NCBI GenBank assembly: GCA_002104905.1
Contig: MCFE01000293.1
Location: 37,931-101,930, forward strand
Source: Basidiobolus meristosporus CBS 931.73
Taxonomy: Eukaryota > Fungi > Basidiobolomycota
DNA: 64,000 nt
Direction: 5' to 3'
The position numbers and the translations under genes were made by a program. The notes below the pieces were generated by a model that saw nothing but the letters and a program-made list of their open reading frames with translations, was not told the origin of the DNA and searched no databases. Positions 1-12,729 of this stretch are shown here, in pieces. Within the stretch, counting starts at the first letter, position 1; the number at the start of each line of letters is the position of its first letter.

Positions 1-155
1 GACACCAAGGGTACATTAGGTCTCAGTAACCAGTTTGGCGCAGATGCCAGCAGAAATACCGCTACTTCCAGCGTTACGCAATGCGGAATCCCCTAGAGTA
101 GATAGCAATTACCCATTTTTTCGAACTTGAGACATCGATTTGAAAGTGTATCAAC

Positions 156-792
156 TCATTCCATCATGGTGGGGGTGGCAGGGGTCTCGGCTTCCCTCAT
201 CTCGGTATCGACCTCCTCGCTGGCACGATCTTTGGATAGTTTGGGTTGAAGGTTTACTTTGGAAAGGGTGATCTTCTTGGTTGTGTGACAGAAGTACTTC
301 ACCTCCTTCGCTTCGGAAGTTTCGGTCTTTTGCTGGGTGCTGTTGGTATTTCCTAGGTTGCCAGAAGAGCCCAGCAGTGCTTTAAATTAGTCGTACTCCA
401 CAAACGGCTGTCAGGACGGAGAAATTACCTGAGGGGCAAAACACCAACTCTGTTCCCAGAGTTTCGTCATATTGTCCTTTGAATACCATATTTCCTATCT
501 TCAGATACGGCGACTCAGTGTCCAAACCCTGTGGAATAGGTGTCATTATCCCTGGGTTGTTTGAAAAATATATAAGAAGCGAAAGCAAGATTACCATGAG
601 AGAGTATCCATCCGTCCCAGAGCTCTTTAGCATGTCAGTGGTAACCTCCGTACCCAGATCTAGCACTATATAATTGACCTAGCTCTACGTTACTTTCTCG
701 TGCTCAGAACAAAACACGATCTGTATGCTAACTTCTTCTTCGTATTCATACTCGTCGTCACTGTAGCCATTTGGTTGTTGTTCTGCGAACAT
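156..792 (-). CDS. GTF3C6: RNA polymerase III transcription factor TFIIIC subunit 6 (GTF3C6/Sfc7-like), 4 exons, 155 aa
   Basis: Exons 792-733, 678-595, 528-429, 379-156 joined by GT-AG introns of 54, 66 and 49 nt give an open frame MFAEQQPNGYSDDEYEYEEEVNYIVLDLG...YSLMGLDTESPYLKIGNMVFKGQYDETLGTELVF...VKYFCHTTKKITLSKVNL...stop. GLDTxxPxLxIGxxVFxGxYxETLGTxxxF is the TFIIIC_sub6 signature. Confidence 0.88.
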
Positions 793-2152
793 GACTTAAC
801 TGTTGAATAGGGCCTGGCACATTGATTTGGACGGCAGCAAACACCAAGTAACCTCAAAACCATGTCAAATAGCAATATCCGTGATGATTGGATATGGCAG
901 CCAAGATGTAAAATTCCGTGAAAAAAATATCTCGTGACAGAAAATTCGTACAAACTCTTGCAGACAACTCTGCTATGGTGACAAATCAACTCTTCACATA
1001 TGATGGGCTTATGGCACAAGGCCAGGAACTGGTCGGCTAGACTGCCCACGTCTAACTTTCGGCGACTGATACTTGATTTGGTGAGACGTAATCGCATCAA
1101 GAGTACGCCATCGGACAAACACGTTGATATCCAACATATAATCATTAGTTCAAAGGAAAATGCCAAAACGAACCTGATGTGGTCTAAGCTTAGAAGTTTG
1201 GCATTAGAGCTTCGCAGCCAGCTCAACGAAGGGTACAATTCTGGGGGGGGGGAGCTTGATATGTATCCACAGTGCTGGGAGATACAGTTGTATCTGTCGA
1301 TCACCTAGCCAAGGTGTTGGATCCAGCTCAATGGATGTGTGCCTAAACAAAATTTACCACCAACAGGAATCATGCCAAACCAATAAGGCGCAGTGAATTC
1401 ACAGATAGTCAAATGGAAGGTTCATTCACATGCACTAGACACTATGTTTAAGAAAATATAGATTGCTTTGTGTATTCACAACACAACCAGTTGTCGGCCA
1501 GTACTAGATTTCACTGATTGTCCCAGGGCTCATTAAATTCGACAACAGGATGGATACTTTGTTAGACAACACAGCCAAGCATATATGCTAGCATCTAGCT
1601 AAACCTGGCCAAGTTACAACCTCAAGACAGGTTTTCTATTTATGATGCAACTGCGCCAGGTCGAGCAGTTGGCTAAAACAAGAGGGTAAGCCTTATGATA
1701 TGGCAGAGAAGGTATTAGCAGAATGATCAGTGTATTTATTTATTAACAAACGGCATGCTTCAGTCATATGGAGGCCATCTCGCAAGATTCTCGGAACTCA
1801 TCAGTTTGGTGGTGCGAACTCGAGACACCCACACAAATGGGCGTCTTACCTCTCTGGCAATGGACAGAAGGCAGGGCTATTCTTGCCATAAACATAACTG
1901 ATAGTATTTATATTGATGGCGGGGGGGGAATCGTAACATGTACATATGACGCTCTACACAGGGTCGGGTAGAGTATCGCTGTGGGAATACCAAAACGAAG
2001 GATGAAAGGAACACTACATGATATTCCACATTTACGGATAATATTAAACAAAAACTATGCAACAGTCCGGGAACAGGGTATGGTCAAAGGTGTAGGATAC
2101 ATAAAAGAACAAATCTCTCCATACGAACAAGGAGCGTCAGGGTACCGAACGC

Positions 2153-3076
2153 TCACTTGATTTGGTCGTACTTCTCCTTGAATATCCAGCTATTTCCAAC
2201 CACGCCCATCCCCTGGGCATGGGCCATACGGTAATACTTGGCTGCTTTGAACCGGTCTTTCTTGACCCCATGCCCATGGAGATAGCAGAAGGCCAAGTCG
2301 TTCTGCGCGTCAGGGTCGCCAAGGTTGGCCGCAATCTCAAAGTAATAGGCAGCAGTGGCTTTGTTTTTCGACACTCCCCAGCCATTCTGGAAGCTAACTC
2401 CCAGCTCGTGAATAGCCAGTACCAGCTCCTCCCTGGCGACACACAAGTTTGTGTTTTGGGTGATATGGTTCAGGTCGAATACCGCACATTCGGCCGCCTT
2501 CTGTAGGCACTGAAACGCAACGATGGGGCTTTCCTTGCATCCCTAACCAATGGAGGTGAATAAAACGCCGTTCAACTCATGACACCCTCACTGACTTACC
2601 CAACCGTGGCGCAACGAGATGCCGTACAAAAAGAGCCCGATCGGCGAGCCCTGGCAGGCGGCCAGGCGGAACAGATGCGCGGCCTTTTCAAGCTCGTTTT
2701 TCTCATGGCATTGGATCGCCTTTTGAATGTACCGATCGGCCAGTTCTATGTTGGCTCGATGCTCCGTGTTCGTTTCGTACGGGACCCAGTTGGAGAAGTC
2801 CTCGTGCTCAGTGAGAAGGGTCTCCCCTTGCACTCCAGCAGGGTTTGACAGAATCACGGGTGGCTGTGAGGTTCGTTTGGTTGGCTCGCTTCCAACATTA
2901 GGTGCCGGCTCAGGTGTTGAGTTGAATGGCTGGCACGTAACCTTCTCTCTGGCTGCGCAAAGGTCGGCGGAGGGGTTCCGAAACAATATTGGGGGGATGC
3001 TTAAGCCGGTGTCCTTGATTTTAGCAAGCTCGCGAGGAGAGGACATTCTACGGAAAGCCTGCTTTATCTTATCCAT
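2153..3076 (-). CDS. SEL1-repeat protein, fungal Nif1/Dsf2-like, 2 exons, 288 aa
   Basis: Exon 3076-2600, intron GTAAGT...TAG (2599-2543), exon 2542-2153. Motifs LYGISLRHGWGC, AIHELGVSFQNGWGV, DAQNDLAFCYLHGHGVKKD and the terminal GNSWIFKEKY match the Nif1/Dsf2 SEL1 family as I recall it. Confidence 0.85.
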
Positions 3077-4914
3077 GTGGGGAGCGGTTATAGAACGGGA
3101 GTTAGAGACTTGGACGAAAAGAGGCGAGCACTGGGTTTAGGGCGAGAGTCGCTGTCGTGAGGAAGGTCTGGGGCGGAAAGCGGGCCTGGACGGAGTTGGG
3201 TGGGTTTAAAAAGGTTCGGGCTCAAATCAGCACGGAACATGTAACAAGTCACTTGGCCACCATCCGAGAAGAGCATGATAGGGCTCAGATTCGTGTGAGG
3301 TAAAATTAGAATAAAGTTGTCCCTTTTTTAGCAACACGAGGTGATTCAGGTATGCGACAGGTACGAATCCTTGGACGAATAGCAGTGATTCGAGAGCCTC
3401 AGGCTGACTCAGGGGGTTGATTGCTGCACTGTGGTCAGGTATAATTAGACCACTCGCACCCCAGCAATCCCTCTGGAGATAGGTGTGAATGGGTGTGCAC
3501 AATGACGCGATCTTCCCTGGCTTGAATCCAGGATCTGATCGGGGTTTCTTCTGATCCATGCACGATTTATCTACAGATCTCTGGTGATCGGGTGTCAGTC
3601 AGTTGGGCGATTCGAGCTAGAGGGATCGGGGTGTTGTGGGCGCAATCTTTCAGACCAAGACCGACTGCATAATCGAAAGAGTCCCGGCCGGTTTGGACAC
3701 ACCACCTCGCACTTGCTTGTTTGAGACATCCATTGGGATGGGATGGACTGGCCAACCACTGCCGCCTCGCGCGGGGATATATACCACGCATTCAGAAATC
3801 ATGGCTCTTGGGCGGGAAAGGTGGCTCTCAGAACATGGGCTAGGCTTGAGTCGACAGCAATGATCTGGCATCATCATTGCCTACATTTCCCTGCATGTCG
3901 TCGCAGGGGCGGGAGTATTGAGCGGCTCCGTGTTCCCGCAGCCCAACAACCACGCTATCGTCATCCCAGCGCGAAAGTCGCCCTCCACTATCTAGAATGT
4001 CTGCATGCAACAGAGCCATCAGAATCCTCAAACAGTGTAACGTGAGACGATTGCTACTCGCCATATCGGGGGATGTGATATATGCTTTCAAACCAATCGC
4101 CAGTTCTGGCAGCGGTGGGCGGTGGCTCGTTTGACTACAACCAGCCAAATGCCAATGCAAGCCTACATATGTCGAACGGCTTCCCCTTTGCTGTGGTGAG
4201 AAAGTGCCAAGTCGCTTTATGGCAGGGCCGATGCCATACATACGTTCAGCAGTTAATGCTGTGCTCTCGTCGGGGGTGGTTTCAGTGATAACTTTGTTGC
4301 GCTCCAGCAAACCAACACCTCAAATAGCAGGGCGGCCTCTCCCGATTTGGAATGGTGCTCAAGGGCGGCACACAGTGGGACAGTCGGTTGCAAGATCGTG
4401 TCGCGAGGAGAATCGGTGGAATATTCACTGCATACCTCACCGGCTTATCTTCGATGTGTAACCAGCCCCCCGGCTTAGGGCAGACACATTTGTTCCAAGG
4501 GGATGGATTGCTGGGTGGTCAGCAGGCTGTTGATCCAAAGTGTGTTTCGTGTTTATAGAATGTCCGAAATCATGCGGTTTCACATTAATTGGCCATCGGC
4601 GATGTCTTACAAATGGGCCTGTCCAAGCGGTGAATTTTGGTTATTACTCTGGCATCCAGTCACAAATCATCTCTGCCATTTACATGCATTAGCCAAATTA
4701 GTAAGGCTAGATGAGTTCGCACATCAGCTCATCGTTATCCTGTAGATTACACACCAATCTTCCAAAAATGGGCGTGAAGTGCATATACTGTAGCAAGTGG
4801 TTTGTTCTGCACTTAATTACTCGCATGTGGTGATATTTCATTCAGCTGTCTAACCAACTGCCTGATCCTTCATAAGTTCAAGATTGAGAAATAGCACCTG
4901 AGCTCCGCGGATCT

Positions 4915-5600
4915 ATGATCCACACTGTTGCCCAAGCCTATAGCCCAATGAGTATCTTTACAATGCATCCTTCTCTTCCGTGTCAACAGATCCTATCCAG
5001 TGCGTTTGGACCCACTGAATGTATGTTGCTTGATCAGACTCTACTCTTTTGGAGATTAATGCCCAGCTATATTCTGGCTGTTTCCATACGTTTTTCAACC
5101 CTCGCATCTGCTGAACCCTGTGTTTGCTTGTGACATTTGAGATTGCATGTGGTCGGGTTTTGGCCTTACACCTTCTGATTTCATATTTAGCTATTGATAT
5201 GTCCTTTGGAAGGTTCCCTAAAAAACAACTCCCATACTGACTGCGCGGAATTATCCCACACAACTGGAGCGTCCAAGATCTTTTTCAACCTAGGAATGCA
5301 GCATTCTCACATATAGTCAATGATTTCTATGCTGATACAAGATAGTTATACCAGATATTAAGCTATTTTACTGCCAAGTGCACTTGTACCTTCTTTTATA
5401 GTGAAAATGTTCACAACGTTCTGTCAGCAATCCAACAGGCATGAGTATAAAGATGATAATTATACTCTTGCATGGCCTTAGCAAGCCAAGCACATTGAGT
5501 GTGCTCAACAAGGTTCCATGAGCAATTGTGTGAAGTTTAGGGAGCTTTGTACAACTTGAAATTTCTTCATATTCTTGAGACCAGGTACTTTTGCACAATA
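4915..5600 (-). pseudogene. Degenerate transposase fragment, probably Plavaka-type C-terminal region
   Basis: Minus-strand translation contains KLPKLHTIAH and TERCEHFH, resembling the Plavaka PKLHxxxH...TExxExxH motif pair. Spacing is longer than usual and the frame is broken. Confidence 0.45.
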
Positions 5601-5928
5601 TACTATGTAATGCCTAACAAGAAATTTGGACAAAAGTATCTTTAGATTTTTAGTCTATCATCCTAGTGACTAAGCTAAATGATTATTAAGGTGTAACTGC
5701 TAAACCTACTGCAGGGGCTTACATATATGCTCATGAAGTCTTCCTGAGCTCACTATGTTGTGAATCAACATTCAAGAAAATCACAATGTCATCCCAAAAA
5801 CTACAAGGATCAAATTTACTAAAAGTCACGCCTTGCCCTTCAATATCTGATCCTGTAGACTTGAACATAAGATCATCCAGCTTATATCTTGTCTTTTATC
5901 AAATGGCTACTATACTGATGCTATCTGC

Positions 5929-6258
5929 TGTAGAAATTTGTAATTACACCTAAATATTCACCTAGCTTAGCCACCTAGATCATTACCTACAAATCCTATA
6001 GAATTCTGACCAAATTCCATGCCAGGATATACCTGGAATAAATCCACCTAATAATCTGTTATCCAGAATATGAGATTTCTCAAAGCTGTCCAAGCTATTC
6101 TAAGCTCTGCACACATGCTTTTGAGATCTTGCTCAACATATCCTATATGTTTGTTTTGCCAAGGTTGTGTAAAACTCCAAGTACTACTTATATATGCAAT
6201 ATATCATCAAGTGGAGACCACATGATAGGCTTGTTTTTCCAATCACTTCCTACCTCTG
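5929..6258 (+). repeat. Degenerate LTR related to copia family C1
   Basis: TGTAGAAATTTGTAATTACACCTAAATATTCACC...CCAATCACTTCC aligns along its length with the C1 LTR at 6770-7119. The 3' end is eroded and approximate. Confidence 0.75.
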
Positions 6259-6399
6259 TATGTTGTGCCACAGCTTTATTTATAATGCTTACTGTGGTGG
6301 GTCATCAATAAATCTTACATTCATGCAGGGAAGATGACTCAAATACAAGACTGTCTTAAACTCACATTAGTATTGACAAAATTGATGATAAGGCGCTAC

Positions 6400-6720
6400 C
6401 CCTAAGAAAAAACATCAAGAAAATGCCAGCCAAATACCATCAGAAAAATAGCTGAATTCCAAGTTTCTCAGAATTGACAACTCCCAATATCTCTGTTGTT
6501 AGCCAGTTGGCAGGTAAGCAAACTTATTCTCCAGGAGGAGACTAGGCCAACTAGCTTCCAAAACAAATTTGGTAATTAGCTGCCCATTACTTCCATCAAA
6601 AAATGCATTTGAAGATTTGAACCAAAAACACCAGCTGAATACCAGTAAAATACCATTGGTATACCAGCTGAATACCAGCTGAAAATCAGAGGAATTCTAA
6701 GTTTGCAATTTTTCATAGGG
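6400..6720. mobile_element. 321-bp MITE with E-family-type TIRs
   Basis: CCCTAAGAAAAA at 6400 and TTTTTCATAGGG ending at 6720. 3-bp TSD TAC at 6397-6399 and 6721-6723. Internal repeats of ATACCAGCTG-like motifs and no ORF. Confidence 0.85.
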
Positions 6721-6769
6721 TACACTTCCAGCTAAAATCATTCTAGGATGCAACTCACCATGTACTTGG

Positions 6770-9700
6770 TGTTGTAAAAATTTGTAATTCCACCTAAATA
6801 TTCACCTAACTTAGTCACTTAGATCATTGCCCTCAAATCCTAGAGAATACTGATCAAATTCCTTGTCGGGATTTACTTAGAATATTTTCACCAAAATACC
6901 AGGTACCCAGAACATGAAAATTTGCAAAGTTGTCCAAACAGCCCCAAACTTTGCACACATGTTCTTGGGACCTTCCTTAACCTATTCTATGTGTTTGTTA
7001 TGCCAAGACCATGTAAAAAATTTAAATACTACTTTTACATTCAATAAATCATCAAGTGAAAACCACATAATCTACTAGTCCTCCCAATCACTTCCAATAT
7101 CTCCAAGACTCTTACAACAGGTAATGAGCCCCAAGCTGTCACTCTCTGCAATGTCTACTACTGCTATTATTGGAATTTTTCCCTCTGCTGAAAAGTTGGA
7201 TGGATCTAACTACCAAGTGTGGAAGTTGAAGATGAAGATGCTGCTAAAAGTAAGAGGCCTTTGGGATATTGTCATGGGTGAAGAATGCCCTTGTAAAAAT
7301 GTGGGAGAGGAAGCCTTAAAGTACCAGAAGAAAGAACAAAGTGCCTTTAACTGCATTTGCCTTAATGTCAAGGACAAATTGCTAAATCAATGCTCAAGAG
7401 CAAAAATGGCAAAGAATGCCTGGAAGGCATTAGAAGACACCTACCAGTCATGTTCAGCTGCTAAGAAAGTGTATCTGAGACAAAAATTCTTTACTACAAA
7501 GATGCTGCCAGGAGAAGAAATGAAAAATCTAATTAAAAGAATTACCCTGCTGGTAGATGAGATGGAATCGGTGGGCATACAAACTACTGATGAGGATGTG
7601 ATAGTTACCATCCTGAATAGCCTGACAGACAAGTTTCAGCATCTTGTATCAGCCCTAGAGTCCAGAACTGAAGATTTGACCTTAAATTACGTATATGGAA
7701 GGCTCCTGGATGAAGAATTAAGAAATTCAAGCACCAATAAGTAGGAAGAAGAAAATGCTTTAATAAGTAATGATAACCAACAAAGGAGGTACCCAAGACC
7801 CTACAAAGGCACCAGCAACCTGTTTTGCAACTACTGCAAAAGGAAAGGACACACATTAGACCGGTGCTTCAAAAAGAAAGATAGTCAGCAGAAAAAGCCT
7901 GAATATGGAAATGCTGCAACAGCTGAAGATAGGCTATTCATATCTGCACTAAGTATGACCACAAACAAGGATTCTCAGATGTGGTATATTGACTCTGGAG
8001 CATCTCAACACTTTACACACCAAAAAGAACTTTTTACCCAATATCAAGAAATTCCAATTAAGAAGGATTTCATGGTTGACAATAGAACACTTGATGCAGT
8101 GGGAGAAGGAACTATCTAAGTAAGCCTAAGCAGCAGTGAAGGAAGCCATACACTGACCTTCAAAGAAGTACTCTACGTACCAGAAATAGCCAAGAACCTA
8201 CTATCTGTAAGCAAGCTCACTGCAGAAGGACTCAGTTTCAGCTTTGACCATTCTGGATGCAAGATTACTGATCAAAATGGTGCCCATATTGCTTTGCGTA
8301 TCAGAGATCAGAACCTATACAAGTTGACTTATATTCCATCATATTTGGAAGCCAATATAAGTAACTTAAATGAAGAAACACCAATGATTTGGCACAGGAG
8401 ATTTGGGCACATCAACTCTGATTATTTGTGCAAAATGATCAAAGATCAGCTAATTTCTGGAGTAAAAATTGATCCCCCAGCTAATTTGGAGCACTGTGAA
8501 GCCTGCATATATGGGAAACAAGCCAGACAACTGTTCAAGAGTGCTGAATTGATCAAAACTAAGAAAAAATTGGATCTAACTCACTCAGATCTGTGTGGAC
8601 CTATGCAAAACTTATCATTAGGTTGGATGAAGTATTTGATCACATTTATTGATGATTATACAAGATACACATGTGTCTACTTCATGGAGAGAAAGGAAGA
8701 AGCTCTTACTAAGCTTAGGGAGTTTAAAGCCATGGTGGAGAGAGAAACTGGTGAACAAATCAAGAAAATATGCTCTGACAATGATGGAGAATAAATATCA
8801 AAACTCTTCATCCACCTCTGCAAAATTCATGGGATAAAGCAAGAGACTACTGTACCATACTCCCCACAGCAAAATGGAGTAGCAGAATGTGCTAGCAGAT
8901 CAATAATTGATATGGCAAGATCTATGATCCATGATCAAATATTATCCTATGATTTTTGGGTGGAATCAGTTGCCACTGCTGTATATCTTAAAAATAGGAG
9001 TTAAAACAGAATACTTTGTGGTTCTACTCCATTTGAAGCATGGTAGGGATACAGACCAAGTGCAGAGCATCTAAGAATATTTGGGTGTACAACATATGCT
9101 AAGAAACTGCCAGGAAATAAGTCAAAATTTGAGCCAAAAAGTGTAAAATGCATATTTTTGGGCTACTGCAATGAGAGTAAAGCATACAGACTCTACAATA
9201 CCAAAGCAAAGAAGCTAATCAAGTCCAGGTATGTGCTGTTTGATGAAAATTCAAAATTTTCCCAAAAAATGACATCTGATGATGGCAAAAATCTGATCTC
9301 AAATCCACCAATTGTCAGGATTGAATCAGTGCAAAACAATGAGAATTTTTTCACTCCAGAGGACTCTACAACCATGGTTCAGCCAAAATCAGTGCCCAGG
9401 AATATCCCAGAAGTGATCATTCCTGTATCAAATGCCTGGAGATCCAGTTGGACAAGAAATAGCCCATATTACTATATCAATGTGGGCACAAACTTAGCCT
9501 ATGCCTATTCAGTCCATATCAATGAACCCCAGATTGTAAAAGAGGCCCTAAATAGCCCTCAGACAAAGTTTTGGAGATCTGCAATGACTGAGGAATATCA
9601 GGCCCTGATGGATAATCAAACTTGGGACTTGGTCAAATTACCAATCAACCAAAAATCAATTGGATGCAGATGGGTCTTCAAGACAAAATACAAGGTTGAT

Positions 9701-11437
9701 GGTACAACTGAAAGATACAAAGCAAGACTTGTGGCCCATGGATACTCTCAAACACAAGGACTTGACTATACTGAGACCTATGCACCAGTAGCCAAGTTTA
9801 ATTCCATCAGATTAATATTGGCTATTGCAGCCTAATATAAGTTTTTTATTCATCAAATGGATGTAAAAGCTGCATTTTTGAATGAAGAACTTGATGAGCA
9901 CGTGTATATGAACCAGCCTGATGGGTGTGTTGATCAAGATAACCCCCATTTGGTCTGCAAGCTTAAAAAGTTGCTATATGGTCTCAAACAATCACCAAGA
10001 GCCTGGAATTGCAAGATAGACTCTTATTTGGAATCTTTGAGTTTCAAAAGGAGCAATGCTGACTATAGTATAAACTATAAGCCAGATAGAGCAAGTCCAG
10101 TTCTATTAGCTCTATATGTGGATGATCTTATTATAGCCACCAATAACCTAGCAACATTGGAAGAGACTAAATACAGCCTATCTAAGGAGTTCAAGATGTC
10201 CAATCCAGGGGAACTCAGTTATTACTTAGGGATTAAGTTCTCCATAGACAGAAGTACCTAGACTATTACCCTAAGCCAATCCAAGTATATTCAAGATATA
10301 CTAAAGAAGTACCAAATGGAATGCTGTAAACTGGCAGCTACCCCAATGGAGACAAACCTTAACTTGGTCAAAACTCAACCAAATCAAGAAAGCTTGGTGT
10401 CATCTGAAAGCCCTGACTTTCCCTATCAATCTATGGTTGGCAGTCTAATGTATATCATGCTTGGAACATGTCCAGATATCTCATATTCAGTGGGAGTTGT
10501 CAGCCAACATAATCAGAACTATGGATCTGATCATAATGCAGCAGTTAAGCGGATTTTTAGATACCTAAAAGGAACTGCTGATGTCTGCTTAAGATACACT
10601 TATAAGAATTCAGAACAAGATCTTGTTAGATACTCTGACGCTGATTGGGGGCAAAATTTGGAAGACCAAAGATCTACCACAGGATACACCTTTATTTACT
10701 GCAAAGGAGCAATTTCATGGAATTCAAGAAAAGCAAACAACTGTAGCACATTGTACCACAGAGGCAGAGTATATGGCAGCCTGTGAAGCTACAAAAGAAG
10801 CAATGTGGCTAAGAAAGCTTTTTACAGATTTAGGCCTATGTCAAAAAACGCCTATTACTTTATTTCAAGATAATTAAGGTGTATACAATTGGGTAGAAAT
10901 CCAACTTTTCATGCTAAAACCAAGCACATAGATATTAGACATCATTTCATACATGAAGCTATAGAGAATAACTTAGTTTGCTTAGCTTACTGTCCTACAG
11001 ATGAAATGATTGCTGACATATTTACCAAACCATTAGCTAGAGACAAGTTTGAATATCTTAGGCCAAAATTAGGACTAGTCAGTATGAGCATTTAGCTGAG
11101 TGGGAGTGTTGTAAAAACTTGTAATTCCACCTAAATACTCACCAAACTTAGTCGCTTAGATCATTGCCCTCAAATCCTAGAGAATACAGACCAAACTCCT
11201 TGTCAGGATTTACTCAGAATATTTACCCATAACATGAAAGTTAGATAAGTGGTCCAAACAGCCCCAAACTTTGCACACATGTTCTTGGGACCTTCCTTAA
11301 CCTATTCTACATGCTTGTTATGCTAAGACCATGTAAAGTATAAATACTACTTTTACATTCAATAAATCATCAAGTGAAAACCACATAACCTACTTGTCCT
11401 CCCAATCACTTCCAATATCTCCAAGACTCTTACAACA
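6770..11437 (+). mobile_element. C1a: full-length Ty1/copia LTR retrotransposon (pseudogenised)
   Basis: 5' LTR 6770-7119 and 3' LTR 11107-11437 (TGTTG...CAACA). TSD CTTGG at 6765-6769 and 11438-11442. PBS GGTAATGAGCCC from 7120 and PPT-like GCTGAGTGGGAG before 11107. Confidence 0.97.
7124..11095 (+). pseudogene. Copia gag-protease-integrase-RT-RNase H polyprotein with stops and frameshifts
   Basis: KLDGSNYQVWK (gag), WYIDSGASQH (protease), WHRRFGH/HSDLCGP (integrase), YKARLVAHG/LYVDDL (RT) and KHIDIRHHFI (RNase H), in copia order. Confidence 0.95.
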
Positions 11438-11629
11438 CTTGGTACAAGTGGAACATTGTCATGGAGCTGACTGAATATGAACAAGACAGCATCCTGATAC
11501 CAGCATGTACTAACATTTGCACGACATTGACATCAGAAAATGCCACCATTGCAAGGTGTCCAACTAGTCAGGAATCCTCCACCTCAAGACTGAAACGTTT
11601 TTCATACACCAGATATAATTGAGTAGTAC

Positions 11630-12326
11630 TGTTGTATCCAAGAGAAAGTGTAATAAAACTCTTGAATGGTTTAACTGAACCAAAGGGACAATTAAGTGCA
11701 GAATCTTAGAATTGTCAGAGAGTGGCAGAAATATTAGCAGAAAGATTCTGATTTAATATTGGTCTTGGATATAGCTGGGTTGGCTATAAAGACAATGATA
11801 TTTGTTTGCTAGGCAGGCTAGGCTTGGTGTTCTTTGGAGTGCTAGATATACTAGGCTTGGATAGAAGCTAGAACAGAATTGTTGGATTCTTATTTTTGCT
11901 GAGACAGAATCTTAATTTTGTTGAGACACACACTAAACCAAAAGGTTCAGTAAACTTTATTGATACTTTTCTGATCAAGTTGAATTAGTAAGCGCCAAGG
12001 GACTGGATTGATTGAAATCAATTTGGGTGTTCATAGGTGCATAAGATAAATGAAAATTACATCATCAATCAACTGATGTTTTGGCAACTGCACAGTGGTT
12101 GGATAGATCTCAGATGACTAATCACCTGGGAAGGCTTGGCAGACAGGTTGATAATGTAATGACCATTTGAAAATAGATCAGGTGTGATAGCTAAAAATAG
12201 ATTCTGAGGTGGGATAAAATAAACTGTAACTGGGATTTGTTATGTTTGGGTTAGGGAAAATCAGTTAGGGTACTAGATTTTCAAACAGAGTAAAATTGGC
12301 TAAGTTTTAAATGTTGATGCACAACA
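11630..12326. repeat. Orphan solo LTR family D, 697 bp
   Basis: TGTTGTAT...GCACAACA flanked by the 5-bp direct repeat AGTAC (11625-11629, 12327-12331). It interrupts E1 transposase sequence that is contiguous in E3. Confidence 0.85.
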
Positions 12327-12729
12327 AGTACACCATCTAAAGAAGCTCATGCAGTCCAACAAATATTGTGAAGCATTAGAGTACCACATTCAGAATACAC
12401 CAAGTGCATATATTTCCAATATATCAATTGCCAAAGTTACAAGTTACTAAGCAGCAAAAGCTACTTTGAAGGTATGTATGACTATGCCTTTATCTTGATA
12501 CTTGACGGATTTTCACAGAAAAAGTACTCTACCAGCAAATCCTGCTGACCACCAATTCTTGTCAACCTAAATCTGCCACCTATTATATAGTATCAGAGTA
12601 GAAGTTTGATGGTAGTCTCACTGATATCTGGGCCTAAATCATTGTCCAACCTAAATAGCTACTTGTATCCATTGTGGGATGAATTTTGTATGCTTTCCTA
12701 TGGGATAGTAGTAAATGACTATCATAACC

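Noticed and set aside
382-666. 94-aa ORF as a stand-alone protein
   Set aside because: It is exons 2-3 of TFIIIC6 read through an in-frame intron.
690-1304. 204-aa minus-strand ORF
   Set aside because: It overlaps TFIIIC6 exon 1 and intron 1 in another frame and has no recognisable motif; likely a chance ORF.
2162-3140. Plus-strand ORFs 2162-2506, 2579-2848 and 2727-3140
   Set aside because: Antisense shadows of the SEL1 gene.
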